32,000 nucleotides of DNA from Pseudomonas aeruginosa (GTDB lineage Bacteria; Pseudomonadota; Gammaproteobacteria; Pseudomonadales; Pseudomonadaceae). Shown piece by piece: positions 22,284 to 32,000 of the stretch (position 1 is the stretch's first letter; every line of letters begins with the position of its first letter). Location: positions 1,080,001 to 1,112,000 of the forward strand of contig NZ_LN831024.1 in assembly GCF_001457615.1 (NCBI RefSeq). Direction: 5' to 3'. A model generated the notes under the pieces. That model was given only the letters and a program-made list of their open reading frames with translations, did not search any database and was not told the DNA's origin. The translations under genes were made by a program, and so were the position numbers.

Positions 22284-22736
22284 ATGGCCATCCGCGTCCA
22301 GCAGGCCGCTTTCGATCCGGGGCAGGAGCTTAACGCCCTGCATGCGCAGAACGTCGGCATCGGCGCGGTGGTCGGCTTCGTCGGCTACGTGCGCGACTTC
22401 AACGACGGTCGCGAGGTCGGCGGGATGTTCCTCGAACATTATCCGGGCATGACCGAGAAGGCCCTCGGCAAGATCGCCGCCGAGGCCGGGCAGCGCTGGC
22501 CGCTGCTGCGCCTGGAGATCCTCCACCGCATCGGCCGCCTGGAGCCGGGCGAGCCGATCGTCTTCGTCGGTTGCGCCAGCGCCCACCGGCAGGCGGCGTT
22601 CGACGCCTGCAACTTCGTCATGGACTACCTGAAGACCCGCGCGCCGTTCTGGAAGAAGGAAGACACCGCCGAAGGCCCGCGCTGGGTCGAAGGCCGCTGC
22701 AGCGACCAGGCCGCCGCGCAGCGCTGGGAGGAGTGA
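22284..22736 (+). CDS. moaE: Molybdopterin synthase catalytic subunit MoaE
   Basis: ATG at 22284. The product is 150 aa: MAIRVQQAAFDPGQELNAL..GAVVGFVGYVRD..LEHYPGMTEKAL..IVFVGCASAHRQAAFDACNFVMDYLKTRAPFWKKE. Confidence 0.92.
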   Translation: MAIRVQQAAFDPGQELNALHAQNVGIGAVVGFVGYVRDFNDGREVGGMFLEHYPGMTEKALGKIAAEAGQRWPLLRLEILHRIGRLEPGEPIVFVGCASAHRQAAFDACNFVMDYLKTRAPFWKKEDTAEGPRWVEGRCSDQAAAQRWEE

Positions 22737-22836
22737 CGTCTACCTCCTCGCGCCGCCGGCTTACCTCTTCGGAGGAATAGCCAGCCGGGGGCCCGCGGTT
22801 CAGGCTGAGGCATCGCCCGTTCCTAGGACCCCTTCC

Positions 22837-23394
22837 ATGAGCCACCTGGCCACCTCCACCTTCCAGCCGCTGAACATCGCCATCCTCACCGTCAGCGACA
22901 CCCGTACCCTGGAAACCGATACTTCCGGCCAGACCCTCGCCGACGCGCTGCTGGCCGCCGGTCATCGCCTGCACCAGCGGAGCCTGAAGACCGATGACAT
23001 CTACCAGATCCGCGCGGTGGTCTCGGCCTGGATCGCCGACCCCGAGGTACAGGTCGGCCTGATCACCGGCGGCACCGGCTTCACCGCGCGGGACAACACC
23101 CCGCAGGCGGTCGGGCCGCTGTTCGAGCGCGATGTCGAGGGCTTCGGCGAACTGTTCCGCCAGGTCTCGCAGCGCGAGATCGGCACTTCCACCATCCAGT
23201 CGCGGGCGCTGGCCGGGCTCAGCAACGGTACCCTGGTGTGCTGCCTGCCCGGCTCGCCGGGCGCCTGTCGCACCGCCTGGAACGAGATTCTCCTGGCGCA
23301 ACTGGACAGCCGCACCCGCCCGTGCAATTTCGTCCCGCACCTGAAGACCCCGCCAGCCGTGGCGCCGGTGGCCGGCTGCGGGTGCCGCTCGTGA
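22837..23394 (+). CDS. moaB: Molybdenum cofactor biosynthesis protein B (MogA/MoaB family)
   Basis: 185 aa with [36 protein letters not shown], the MoCF-biosynthesis domain signature. Confidence 0.9.
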   Translation: MSHLATSTFQPLNIAILTVSDTRTLETDTSGQTLADALLAAGHRLHQRSLKTDDIYQIRAVVSAWIADPEVQVGLITGGTGFTARDNTPQAVGPLFERDVEGFGELFRQVSQREIGTSTIQSRALAGLSNGTLVCCLPGSPGACRTAWNEILLAQLDSRTRPCNFVPHLKTPPAVAPVAGCGCRS

Positions 23395-24614
23395 GCGCTT
23401 GCGCCTGCGATGGCGGCCAACTGCGCCCGCTCGACGAGGCGCTGGCCGAACTGCTGGCGCGCGCGCCGCGCCCGCCAGCCTGCGAGAGCCTGGCCCTGGA
23501 GCGGGCGCTGGGACGAGTGCTCGGCGAGGACCTGCTGGCGCCGATGGACCTGCCGCATTGGGACAACAGCGCGATGGACGGCTACGCCTTGTGCTCCGCC
23601 GACCTGCCGCGCAGCGGCGGCAGCCTGACGGTCGGCGCGCGGATCGCCGCCGGCGACACCCGCGGCATGAGCCTGCCGCTGGGCCAGGCGGCGCGGATCT
23701 TCACCGGCGCGCCGCTGCCGACCGGCGCCGACTGCGTGGTGCCGCAGGAACTCTGCGTGGTCGACGGCGAGCGCGTGCAGTTGCCGCCGGTGAGCGCCGG
23801 CCAGCATGTGCGCCGGCGCGGCGAGGAGTTGCGTCGCGGCGCGCCGGTGCTGCGTGCCGGACAGCGCTTGCGCCCGCAGGAACTCGGCCTGCTGGCGAGT
23901 CTCGGCGTCGCCACGGTCTCGGTGCGTCGGCGCTTGCGCATCGGCCTGCTGAGCAGCGGCGACGAATTGCGCGAGCCCGGCCAGACACTGTTGGCCGGGC
24001 AGATCTACAACGCCAACCGTTACTGCATCGGCGCCTTGCTGCGCGGTCTCGGCTTCGAGGTGCACGACGAGGAAGTGCTGGCCGACGAACTGGTGGCCAG
24101 CCGCGATGCGCTCAGCCTGGCGGCCTCCGAATGGGACGCGCTGGTCACCAGCGGCGGTGTCTCGGTAGGCGAGGAAGACCACCTCAAGCGCGCCATCGCC
24201 GAGCTTGGCGAGGTCAACCTGTGGCGCCTGGCGATCCAGCCGGGCAAGCCGTTCGCCTTCGGCTCCGTGGCCGGCAAGCCCTGGCTGGGGCTGCCCGGCA
24301 ACCCTGCGGCGGCGCTGGTCACCGCATTACTGGTGGCGCGTCCGTTCCTGCTTCGCCAGCAGGGACTGTTCGACGTAGTGCCGCGGCCGCTGGCGTTGCC
24401 GGCGGCCTTCGACTGGCCGCAACCGCGGGCGCGTCGCCAGTACCTGCGGGCGCGGCTCGATGAACGGGGGCGGGTGGAAATCCACCCGCAGCAGGGCTCG
24501 GCGATGCTGCTTGCCGCCAGTTGGGCGGACGGGCTGGCGGTGATCGAGCGCGGCGCCACCCTGGGCGTGGGTGATGCGATCGACTTTCTGCCGTTCTCCG
24601 CACTGATGGCCTGA
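23391..24614 (+). CDS. moeA: Molybdopterin molybdenumtransferase MoeA
   Basis: The GTG at 23391 overlaps the moaB stop (GTGA). The track ORF from 23238 is over-extended. The product is 407 aa with ..[56 protein letters not shown]. Confidence 0.92.
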   Translation: MSACACDGGQLRPLDEALAELLARAPRPPACESLALERALGRVLGEDLLAPMDLPHWDNSAMDGYALCSADLPRSGGSLTVGARIAAGDTRGMSLPLGQAARIFTGAPLPTGADCVVPQELCVVDGERVQLPPVSAGQHVRRRGEELRRGAPVLRAGQRLRPQELGLLASLGVATVSVRRRLRIGLLSSGDELREPGQTLLAGQIYNANRYCIGALLRGLGFEVHDEEVLADELVASRDALSLAASEWDALVTSGGVSVGEEDHLKRAIAELGEVNLWRLAIQPGKPFAFGSVAGKPWLGLPGNPAAALVTALLVARPFLLRQQGLFDVVPRPLALPAAFDWPQPRARRQYLRARLDERGRVEIHPQQGSAMLLAASWADGLAVIERGATLGVGDAIDFLPFSALMA

Positions 24615-24621
24615 GGCCTTC

Positions 24622-24663
24622 TTGATCCCGGTCAAGCGCCGACCGGGAGCGTCTTTCTAGAGT
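24622..24663 (+). promoter_or_regulatory. Class II Anr (FNR-type)-dependent promoter of ubiUVT
   Basis: The Anr box is TTGATcccgGTCAA (24622-24635, 9 of 10 to consensus). A -10-like TAGAGT sits at 24658-24663. A box centre at -41.5 would place the TSS near 24670 and the -10 hexamer at exactly 24658-24663. The ubiU ATG is at 24729. Confidence 0.7.
24627..24647 (+). terminator. Hairpin 13 nt after the moeA stop, overlapping the Anr box
   Basis: CCCGGTC-aagcgcc-GACCGGG, followed by agcgTCTTTCT. The distal Anr half-site GTCAA lies inside the stem-loop. Confidence 0.4.
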
Positions 24664-24728
24664 GTGGCGCCTGTGCCCCGGGGTTGCCCACTGCCGCGGA
24701 GCGCGTTTTTCGCCAGAGGAGCAACCCC

Positions 24729-25724
24729 ATGCAACTGGTCTGTCCGGCGGGCAGCCTGCCCGCCTTGAAGTCGGCCCTGCGACAGGGCGCCGATGCCATC
24801 TACGTCGGTTTCCGCGACGACACCAACGCCCGCCATTTCGCCGGCCTCAACCTTGACGAACGCCAGTTGCAGGAAGGCCTGCGGCGAGTCCACGAGGCCG
24901 GGCGGCAGCTCTACGTAGCGGTCAACACCTATTCCAGCGCGCAGGGCTGGGAGCGCTGGCAGCGCGCGGTGGACCAGGCCGCCGACCTCGGCGTCGATGC
25001 GTTGATCGCCGCCGACGTGGCGGTGCTCGGCTATGCCGCGAAGCGTCATCCGCGGCTCAACCTGCATCTGTCGGTGCAGGGCTCGGCAACCAATGCCGCG
25101 GCCCTGGCCCTCTATCACGAACGCTACGGCATCCGTCGCGCGGTCCTGCCCCGCGTGCTATCGCTGGCGCAGGTACGCCAGGTGGCGGCCGGTAGCCCGG
25201 TGCCGGTGGAGGTGTTCGCCTTCGGCAGCCTGTGCATCATGGCCGAGGGCCGCTGCCACCTGTCCTCCTACGTCACCGGCGAGTCGCCGAACCTCTGCGG
25301 CGTCTGTTCGCCGGCCAGGGCGGTGCGCTGGAGCGAGGAACCGGAGGGGTTGACCTCGCGCCTCAACGAAGTGCTCATCGACCGCTACGCCGCCGGCGAG
25401 GCGGCCGGCTACCCGACCCTCTGCAAGGGCCGTTTCCTGGTCAATGGCCAGCGCTTCCATGCGCTGGAGGAACCGACCAGCCTGAACACCCTGGACCTGG
25501 TCCCGCAGCTGGCGGAAATCGGCGTGGCGGCGGTGAAGATCGAAGGCCGCCAGCGCAGCCCGGCCTACGTCGAGCAGGTCACCCGGGTCTGGCGCCAGGC
25601 GCTGGACAGCTACGCCAGCGCGCCGGGCGCCTATAGCGTGCAGCCGCAATGGCAGCGCGCGCTGGCCGGACTTTCCGAAGGGCACCAGACCACCCTGGGC
25701 GCCTATCACCGTTCCTGGCAGTGA
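24729..25724 (+). CDS. ubiU: U32-family [4Fe-4S] protein UbiU (O2-independent ubiquinone hydroxylation)
   Basis: ATG at 24729, 331 aa. The product reads MQLVCPAGSLPALKSALRQGADAIYVGF.. with the Cys set SLCIMAEGRCHLSS..NLCGVC..TLCKG. It is followed by the paralogue ubiV and the SCP2 gene ubiT, the established ubiUVT arrangement. Confidence 0.85.
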   Translation: MQLVCPAGSLPALKSALRQGADAIYVGFRDDTNARHFAGLNLDERQLQEGLRRVHEAGRQLYVAVNTYSSAQGWERWQRAVDQAADLGVDALIAADVAVLGYAAKRHPRLNLHLSVQGSATNAAALALYHERYGIRRAVLPRVLSLAQVRQVAAGSPVPVEVFAFGSLCIMAEGRCHLSSYVTGESPNLCGVCSPARAVRWSEEPEGLTSRLNEVLIDRYAAGEAAGYPTLCKGRFLVNGQRFHALEEPTSLNTLDLVPQLAEIGVAAVKIEGRQRSPAYVEQVTRVWRQALDSYASAPGAYSVQPQWQRALAGLSEGHQTTLGAYHRSWQ

Positions 25725-25735
25725 GGACCGCCGCG

Positions 25736-26626
25736 ATGAAACTGAGCCTGGGACCGCTGCTGTTCTACTGGGACAAGCGGCAGATATTCGATTTCTACGC
25801 CGAGATGGCCAGCCAGCCGCTCGACGTCATCTACCTCGGCGAGACCGTCTGCGCCAAGCGCCGGGCGCTGTCCCTGAATGACTGGCAGGCGCTGGCCCGC
25901 GAGCTGGCGCAGGCGACCCGTGCCGAGCTGGTGCTCTCCGGGCTGGCGCTGATCGAGGCCGCTTCGGAGCTGTCCAGCCTGCGCCGGCTATGCGAGAACG
26001 GCGAACTCCGGGTCGAGGCCAACGACATGGCCGCCGTCTATTACCTCAGCCAGCGCGGCGTGCCCTTTGTCGGCGGTCCGGCGCTGAACCTCTACAACGG
26101 TCATGCCCTGGCCGAACTGTATTCCTGGGGTATGCGCCGCTGGATTCCGCCGGTGGAAGTCTCCGGCAAGCTGCTGCGCGGGGTGCTCGACCAGGCTGCG
26201 CAGCTGGGCCTGGAGCAATTGCAGACCGAGGTCTTCGCCTACGGTCACCTGCCGCTGGCCTACTCGGCGCGCTGCTTCACCGCGCGGGCGGAGAACCGGC
26301 CCAAGGACGACTGCCAGTTCTGCTGCCAGCAGTATCCCGAAGGTATCCCGCTGCTCAGCCAGGAGGGCGAGGCGCTGTTCACCCTCAACGGCATCCAGAC
26401 CATGTCCGGCAAGGTCAGCAACCTGCTGGCCGACTACCGCTCGCTGGAACATAGCGGCGCCGACCTGCTACGCCTGAGTCCTCGGGCGCAGGGCATGGCC
26501 GAGGTGATCGCGGCCTTCGACCGGGTACGCAAGGGTGCCGCTCCGCCGCTCGCTGTGGAAGGCTGCAACGGCTACTGGCACGGCCGGCCGGGGATGCTGC
26601 GGGCAGAGGAGGCAGGGCTATGCTGA
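25736..26626 (+). CDS. ubiV: U32-family [4Fe-4S] protein UbiV
   Basis: ATG at 25736, with GAGGA 8 nt upstream; 296 aa. The product reads MKLSLGPLLFYWDKRQIFDFY..ETVCAKRR..SARCFTARAENRPKDDCQFCC, which carries the conserved Cys ligands. Confidence 0.85.
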   Translation: MKLSLGPLLFYWDKRQIFDFYAEMASQPLDVIYLGETVCAKRRALSLNDWQALARELAQATRAELVLSGLALIEAASELSSLRRLCENGELRVEANDMAAVYYLSQRGVPFVGGPALNLYNGHALAELYSWGMRRWIPPVEVSGKLLRGVLDQAAQLGLEQLQTEVFAYGHLPLAYSARCFTARAENRPKDDCQFCCQQYPEGIPLLSQEGEALFTLNGIQTMSGKVSNLLADYRSLEHSGADLLRLSPRAQGMAEVIAAFDRVRKGAAPPLAVEGCNGYWHGRPGMLRAEEAGLC

Positions 26627-27135
26627 ACCGCCAACGCCTGCTCCTCGGCGTCGCCGGACGCCTGTTGCCGCTGGCGGCGAAGGTTCCGCGCGGGCTCCAG
26701 CACCTGGTCCTGCAACGGGTCGCCAACCGGCTGTTCGCCCAGCCGCTGGAGGAGGGCGCCTTCGACCTGCTGGAAGGTCGCTGGCTGCGCCTGGAAGTCA
26801 GGGACCTCGGCGTCGGCTGGTGCGTCACCCGGGTGCCCGGCGGCCTGCGCCTGGTCGAACGGCCACGGGCCAGCGTGACCATCCGTGGCGACTGGCGCGA
26901 CTTCCTGCTGCTGGCCAGCCGGCATGAGGACCCGGATACCCTGTTCTTCCGCCGCCGCCTGGTGATCGAGGGCGACACCGAGCTGGGCCTGGCGGTCAAG
27001 AACCTCCTCGACAGCCTCGACCCGGAGCACCTGCCGCCCTGGTTGTGGAACGCCGTGGAACGGGCCGGGCGGGCAGTGCAGGAGGAGCGCGGCGAGGCGC
27101 CCCAGGGGCCGGTCCAGGGCGCGCGGGGCGGCTGA
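26620..27135 (+). CDS. ubiT: SCP2-domain lipid/quinone-binding protein UbiT
   Basis: 171 aa. The start overlaps the ubiV stop by 7 nt (ATGCTGA). The SCP2-like core is LEGRWLRLEVRDLGVGW..TIRGDWRDFLLLASRHEDPDTLFFRRRLVIEGDTELGLAVKNLLD. Confidence 0.8.
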   Translation: MLNRQRLLLGVAGRLLPLAAKVPRGLQHLVLQRVANRLFAQPLEEGAFDLLEGRWLRLEVRDLGVGWCVTRVPGGLRLVERPRASVTIRGDWRDFLLLASRHEDPDTLFFRRRLVIEGDTELGLAVKNLLDSLDPEHLPPWLWNAVERAGRAVQEERGEAPQGPVQGARGG

Positions 27136-27309
27136 GGTCGGTGGAAAGGGGCGTATAGCGACGCCAATGTCGCTGGGCGCGCCCCTCCGATTGGGTGTAT
27201 TCCCTGAAGCCTGAAACTCACTGAAGCTCTTTTCAGCGAGGCAACGCCCGGTTCGTTGCCGCATGGGCGGCGCGGAGCGAATGGGCGTTTCCCCTGACCA
27301 AACGGATAG

Positions 27310-27354
27310 CCTGTCTGTCCCCGTAACGCCCCTGTCAACTTGCCCCGGTAAACC
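27310..27354 (+). promoter_or_regulatory. Candidate Pho box promoter of eddA-eddB
   Basis: Three units are phased at 11 bp: CCTGTCT (27310), CCGTAAC (27321) and CTGTCAA (27332), against the consensus CTGTCAT-N4-CTGTCAT. A -10-like TAAACC follows at 27349-27354, 10 bp after the last unit. This is a moderate match only. Confidence 0.4.
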
Positions 27355-27386
27355 GGACCTTCGTGAAGCCTGCGGAGAACTCCGGT

Positions 27387-28949
27387 ATGAGTGGGATGGA
27401 CCTCAAGCGCCGCCGCGTCGTGCAAGGCCTGGGCGCTGGACTGCTGTTGCCGGCGCTGGGCGCGCCGGCGGTGATCGCCTCGCCCAGGGCGCGGCCGAAG
27501 CTGACCGATGGCGTGCAATCCGGCGATGTGCAGGGCGACCGCGCGCTGGTCTGGAGCCGCACCGACCGCCCGGCGCGGATGATCGTCGAATGGGACACCC
27601 GTAGCGTCTTCAGCGAGCCGCGTCGGCTGGTCTCGCCGGTCACCGACGAGCGCCTCGACTACACCGCGCGCATCGACCTGCGTGGCCTGCCGGCCGACCA
27701 GTCGATCTTCTACCGGGTGCGCTTCGAGGATGCCCGCGACGGCAGCCTGAGCAAGCCCTGGTTCGGCCACCTGCGCAGTGCGCCGAGCGAGGCGCGCAAT
27801 ATCCGTTTCGTCTGGAGCGGCGACACCTGCGGGCAAGGTTTCGGGATCAATCCGGATATCGGCGGCATGCGTATCTACGAAGCCATGCGCCGGCGCCAGC
27901 CGGATTTCTTCCTGCACAGCGGCGACACCATCTATGCCGATGGGCCGATCCCCGAGCGCATCGAGACCGAGAGCGGGCGCATCTGGCGCAACCGGGTGAC
28001 CGAGGCCAAGAGCAAGGTCGCCGAGACCCTCGACGAGTTCCGCGGCAACTACCGCTACAACCTGCTCGACGACAACCTGCGCCGCTTCAACGCCGAGGTG
28101 CCGCAGATCTGGCAATGGGATGACCACGAGACCACCAACAACTGGTCCTCCAGCAAGCAGCTCGACGAGCGCTACCAGGTGAAGGACATCGACGTGCTGG
28201 CGGCCCGTGCACGCCAGGCGTTCCTCGAATACGCGCCGCTGCGCTTCCAGCGCCAGGGGCGCGACGGGCGGATCTACCGCAAGGTCGCCTACGGCCCTTT
28301 GCTCGACGTGTTCGTCCTCGACATGCGCAGCTACCGCGGCGGCAACAGCGCCAACCTGCAGGCGCGGCGCAGCGCCGCCACCGATTTCCTCGGCCGTGAA
28401 CAGTTGCAATGGCTCAAGCGCGAGTTGCGCGGTTCGCGCGCGCAGTGGAAGGTGATCGCCGCCGACATGCCGATCGGCCTCTGCGTGCCCGATGGCAAGG
28501 ACGCCCAGGGCCGCGACCGCTGGGAGGCCATCGCCAACGGCAACGACGGCGCCGCCCTCGGCCGCGAGCTGGAGATCGCCGACCTGCTGCGCTTCGTCCA
28601 GCGCGCCGAGGTGCGCAACACCGTCTGGCTGACCGCCGACGTGCATTACTGCGCAGCCCACCACTACAGCCCGGAGCGCGCCGCGTTCAAGGACTTCGCG
28701 CCGTTCTGGGAGTTCGTCGCCGGGCCTCTCAATGCCGGTAGTTTCGGACCCAACGCGCTGGATGGCACGTTCGGCCCGCAGGTGATGTTCCAGAAGGCCC
28801 CGCTGGTCCAGAACAGTTCCCCCTTCGCCGGCTACCAGTTCTTCGGCGAGGTGGAGATCGATGCGCAAAGCCGCGCGCTCACCGTCACCCTGCGCGACCT
28901 CGACGGCGAGCCGGTGTTTTCCCAGGAACTGCAGCCCGACGGCGCCTGA
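27387..28949 (+). CDS. eddA: PhoD-family alkaline phosphatase/phosphodiesterase, Tat-exported
   Basis: I prefer the ATG at 27387, with GGAG 10 nt upstream. The track ORF starts at GTG 27363. The Tat signal is MSGMDLKRRRVVQGLGAGLLLPALGAPAVIA. PhoD metallophosphatase motifs are HSGDTIYADG and WQWDDHETTNNW. The symbol is from my memory of PAO1 PA3910. Confidence 0.87.
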   Translation: MSGMDLKRRRVVQGLGAGLLLPALGAPAVIASPRARPKLTDGVQSGDVQGDRALVWSRTDRPARMIVEWDTRSVFSEPRRLVSPVTDERLDYTARIDLRGLPADQSIFYRVRFEDARDGSLSKPWFGHLRSAPSEARNIRFVWSGDTCGQGFGINPDIGGMRIYEAMRRRQPDFFLHSGDTIYADGPIPERIETESGRIWRNRVTEAKSKVAETLDEFRGNYRYNLLDDNLRRFNAEVPQIWQWDDHETTNNWSSSKQLDERYQVKDIDVLAARARQAFLEYAPLRFQRQGRDGRIYRKVAYGPLLDVFVLDMRSYRGGNSANLQARRSAATDFLGREQLQWLKRELRGSRAQWKVIAADMPIGLCVPDGKDAQGRDRWEAIANGNDGAALGRELEIADLLRFVQRAEVRNTVWLTADVHYCAAHHYSPERAAFKDFAPFWEFVAGPLNAGSFGPNALDGTFGPQVMFQKAPLVQNSSPFAGYQFFGEVEIDAQSRALTVTLRDLDGEPVFSQELQPDGA

Positions 28950-28985
28950 GCCGCGGCGACCCCATTCCGATAAAGGAGTATCCCG

Positions 28986-31328
<2,343 letters not shown>

Positions 31329-31357
31329 GCAGCGGATAGCGCCCGTGGCGTTGGTCG

Positions 31358-31397
31358 CCATGCAGAAAGGCCACCCTCGGGTGGCCTTTCTGCATGG
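31358..31397. terminator. Bidirectional terminator hairpin between the convergent eddB and immunity-like genes
   Basis: CCATGCAGAAAGGCCACC-ctcg-GGTGGCCTTTCTGCATGG forms an 18-bp perfect stem. Confidence 0.8.
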
Positions 31398-31408
31398 CAC
31401 GTGGGCCT

Positions 31409-31488
31409 GTAGGGCGAATAACCGCTTGCGGTTATCCGCCGTTGTGGCGGGATCTCGGCGGATAACGCCGGTGGCGTATTCGCCCCAC
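31409..31488. repeat. REP pair in inverted orientation
   Basis: The pair is GTAGGGCGAATAACCGCTTGCGGTTATCCGCC (31409-31440) and GGCGGATAACGCCGGTGGCGTATTCGCCCCAC (31457-31488). It belongs to the same family as the cluster at 5075-5178. Confidence 0.8.
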
Positions 31489-31519
31489 GGAACGCAGGCG
31501 GCTTTTGCTTCGTACGTCG

Positions 31520-32000
31520 TCAACCGCGCAGCGGCGGCAGGTAGCCCAGTTCCATCAGCTTGATGTCCGCTTCGCCGACGCGCTCGAAATGTTCGCGACG
31601 GGTTTCGTCCATCGGTTCGCGGCCGTTCAGCAGCAGGGTGCCACGGCCGGGAATGTCGACCAGCTCCGTAGCCGCCGGGAAGTCCGTGGCCCTTAGCGGA
31701 TGCGGGCAGAAGCCGATCCAGCCGATGCTGCGGCGGTCCGGGAAGGTCCGCTGGTGTACGAAGTACGCATGCGGAGCGAGCATGCCCCAGGTCGTTTCGG
31801 GCCAGATTTCCAGCGCCGCGAGGAAGATCGCGACGAAGGAGGAAGCCGGTGCGTCGAACACTTGCAGCAGGCTGCCGGCATCTTCCAACTGGAGCCTGGA
31901 CGAGACGGCCCTGCCGCTGGCCTCGTAGTCCAGCGACAACCCGCCCTTGAGCGGATCCTCCTCGCCGTTCCATAGCACCAGTTCCACCGCCCGGGTGCGT
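31520..32000 (-). CDS. Putative polymorphic-toxin immunity protein (Imm52-like / TsiT-like), C-terminal part; the 5' end probably lies beyond the right window edge
   Basis: The track ORF (31520..31987) starts at a GTG, and the frame stays open to position 32000. The product ends ..GWIGFCPHPLRATDFPAATELVDIPGRGTLLLNGREPMDETRREHFERVGEADIKLMELGYLPPLRG. The functional call rests on my recollection that PAO1 PA3908, downstream of eddB, is the immunity gene of the TseT T6SS effector. I can cite no diagnostic motif from the sequence alone. Confidence 0.5.
   Translation of the reverse strand, partial: RTRAVELVLWNGEEDPLKGGLSLDYEASGRAVSSRLQLEDAGSLLQVFDAPASSFVAIFLAALEIWPETTWGMLAPHAYFVHQRTFPDRRSIGWIGFCPHPLRATDFPAATELVDIPGRGTLLLNGREPMDETRREHFERVGEADIKLMELGYLPPLRG

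Overview
High-GC gammaproteobacterial chromosome. From memory, not from a search, the gene content and order match Pseudomonas aeruginosa PAO1 PA3932 down to PA3908, read in reverse-complement orientation. This looks like densely packed core genome rather than an accessory island.

Genes in order:
- Partial AAA+ (NtrC-family) regulator (-).
- Orphan MetQ/NlpA-type binding protein (-).
- cioA-cioB cyanide-insensitive bd-type oxidase plus a small DUF2474 membrane ORF (+), followed by a REP cluster.
- AraC-family regulator (-) divergent from an MFS transporter (+).
- Thiolase (-) divergent from a medium-chain acyl-CoA synthetase (+).
- DUF1302 outer-membrane beta-barrel and DUF1329 LolA-like protein (+).
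- Large MalT/LuxR (LAL/STAND) regulator (+).
- Cu(I) P-type ATPase copA (-) with a CueR-type promoter.
- PIN-PhoH fusion protein (+).
- moaC-moaD-moaE-moaB-moeA (+).
- Anr-box promoter followed by ubiU-ubiV-ubiT, the O2-independent ubiquinone pathway (+).
- Pho-box-like promoter followed by eddA (PhoD phosphatase) and eddB (ExeM/NucH-type extracellular nuclease) (+).
- Terminator and REP pair, then the 3' part of an immunity-like gene (-) that runs off the right edge.

I saw no tRNA or rRNA genes, CRISPR arrays, IS elements or integrases.

The best candidate for an under-described system is the module at 7341-16996: thiolase, acyl-CoA synthetase, DUF1302, DUF1329 and the LAL regulator. Its regulator also shows an apparent frame split at its 5' end. 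Other observations worth a second look:
- The degenerate GAFTGA loop in the left-edge AAA+ regulator.
- The DUF2474 ORF coupled to cioB.
- The stand-alone PIN-PhoH protein.
- Several unexplained repeats and palindromes in intergenic DNA.

The very long antisense ORFs in the track are high-GC artefacts. Several track ORFs begin at GTG or TTG codons, or too far upstream.
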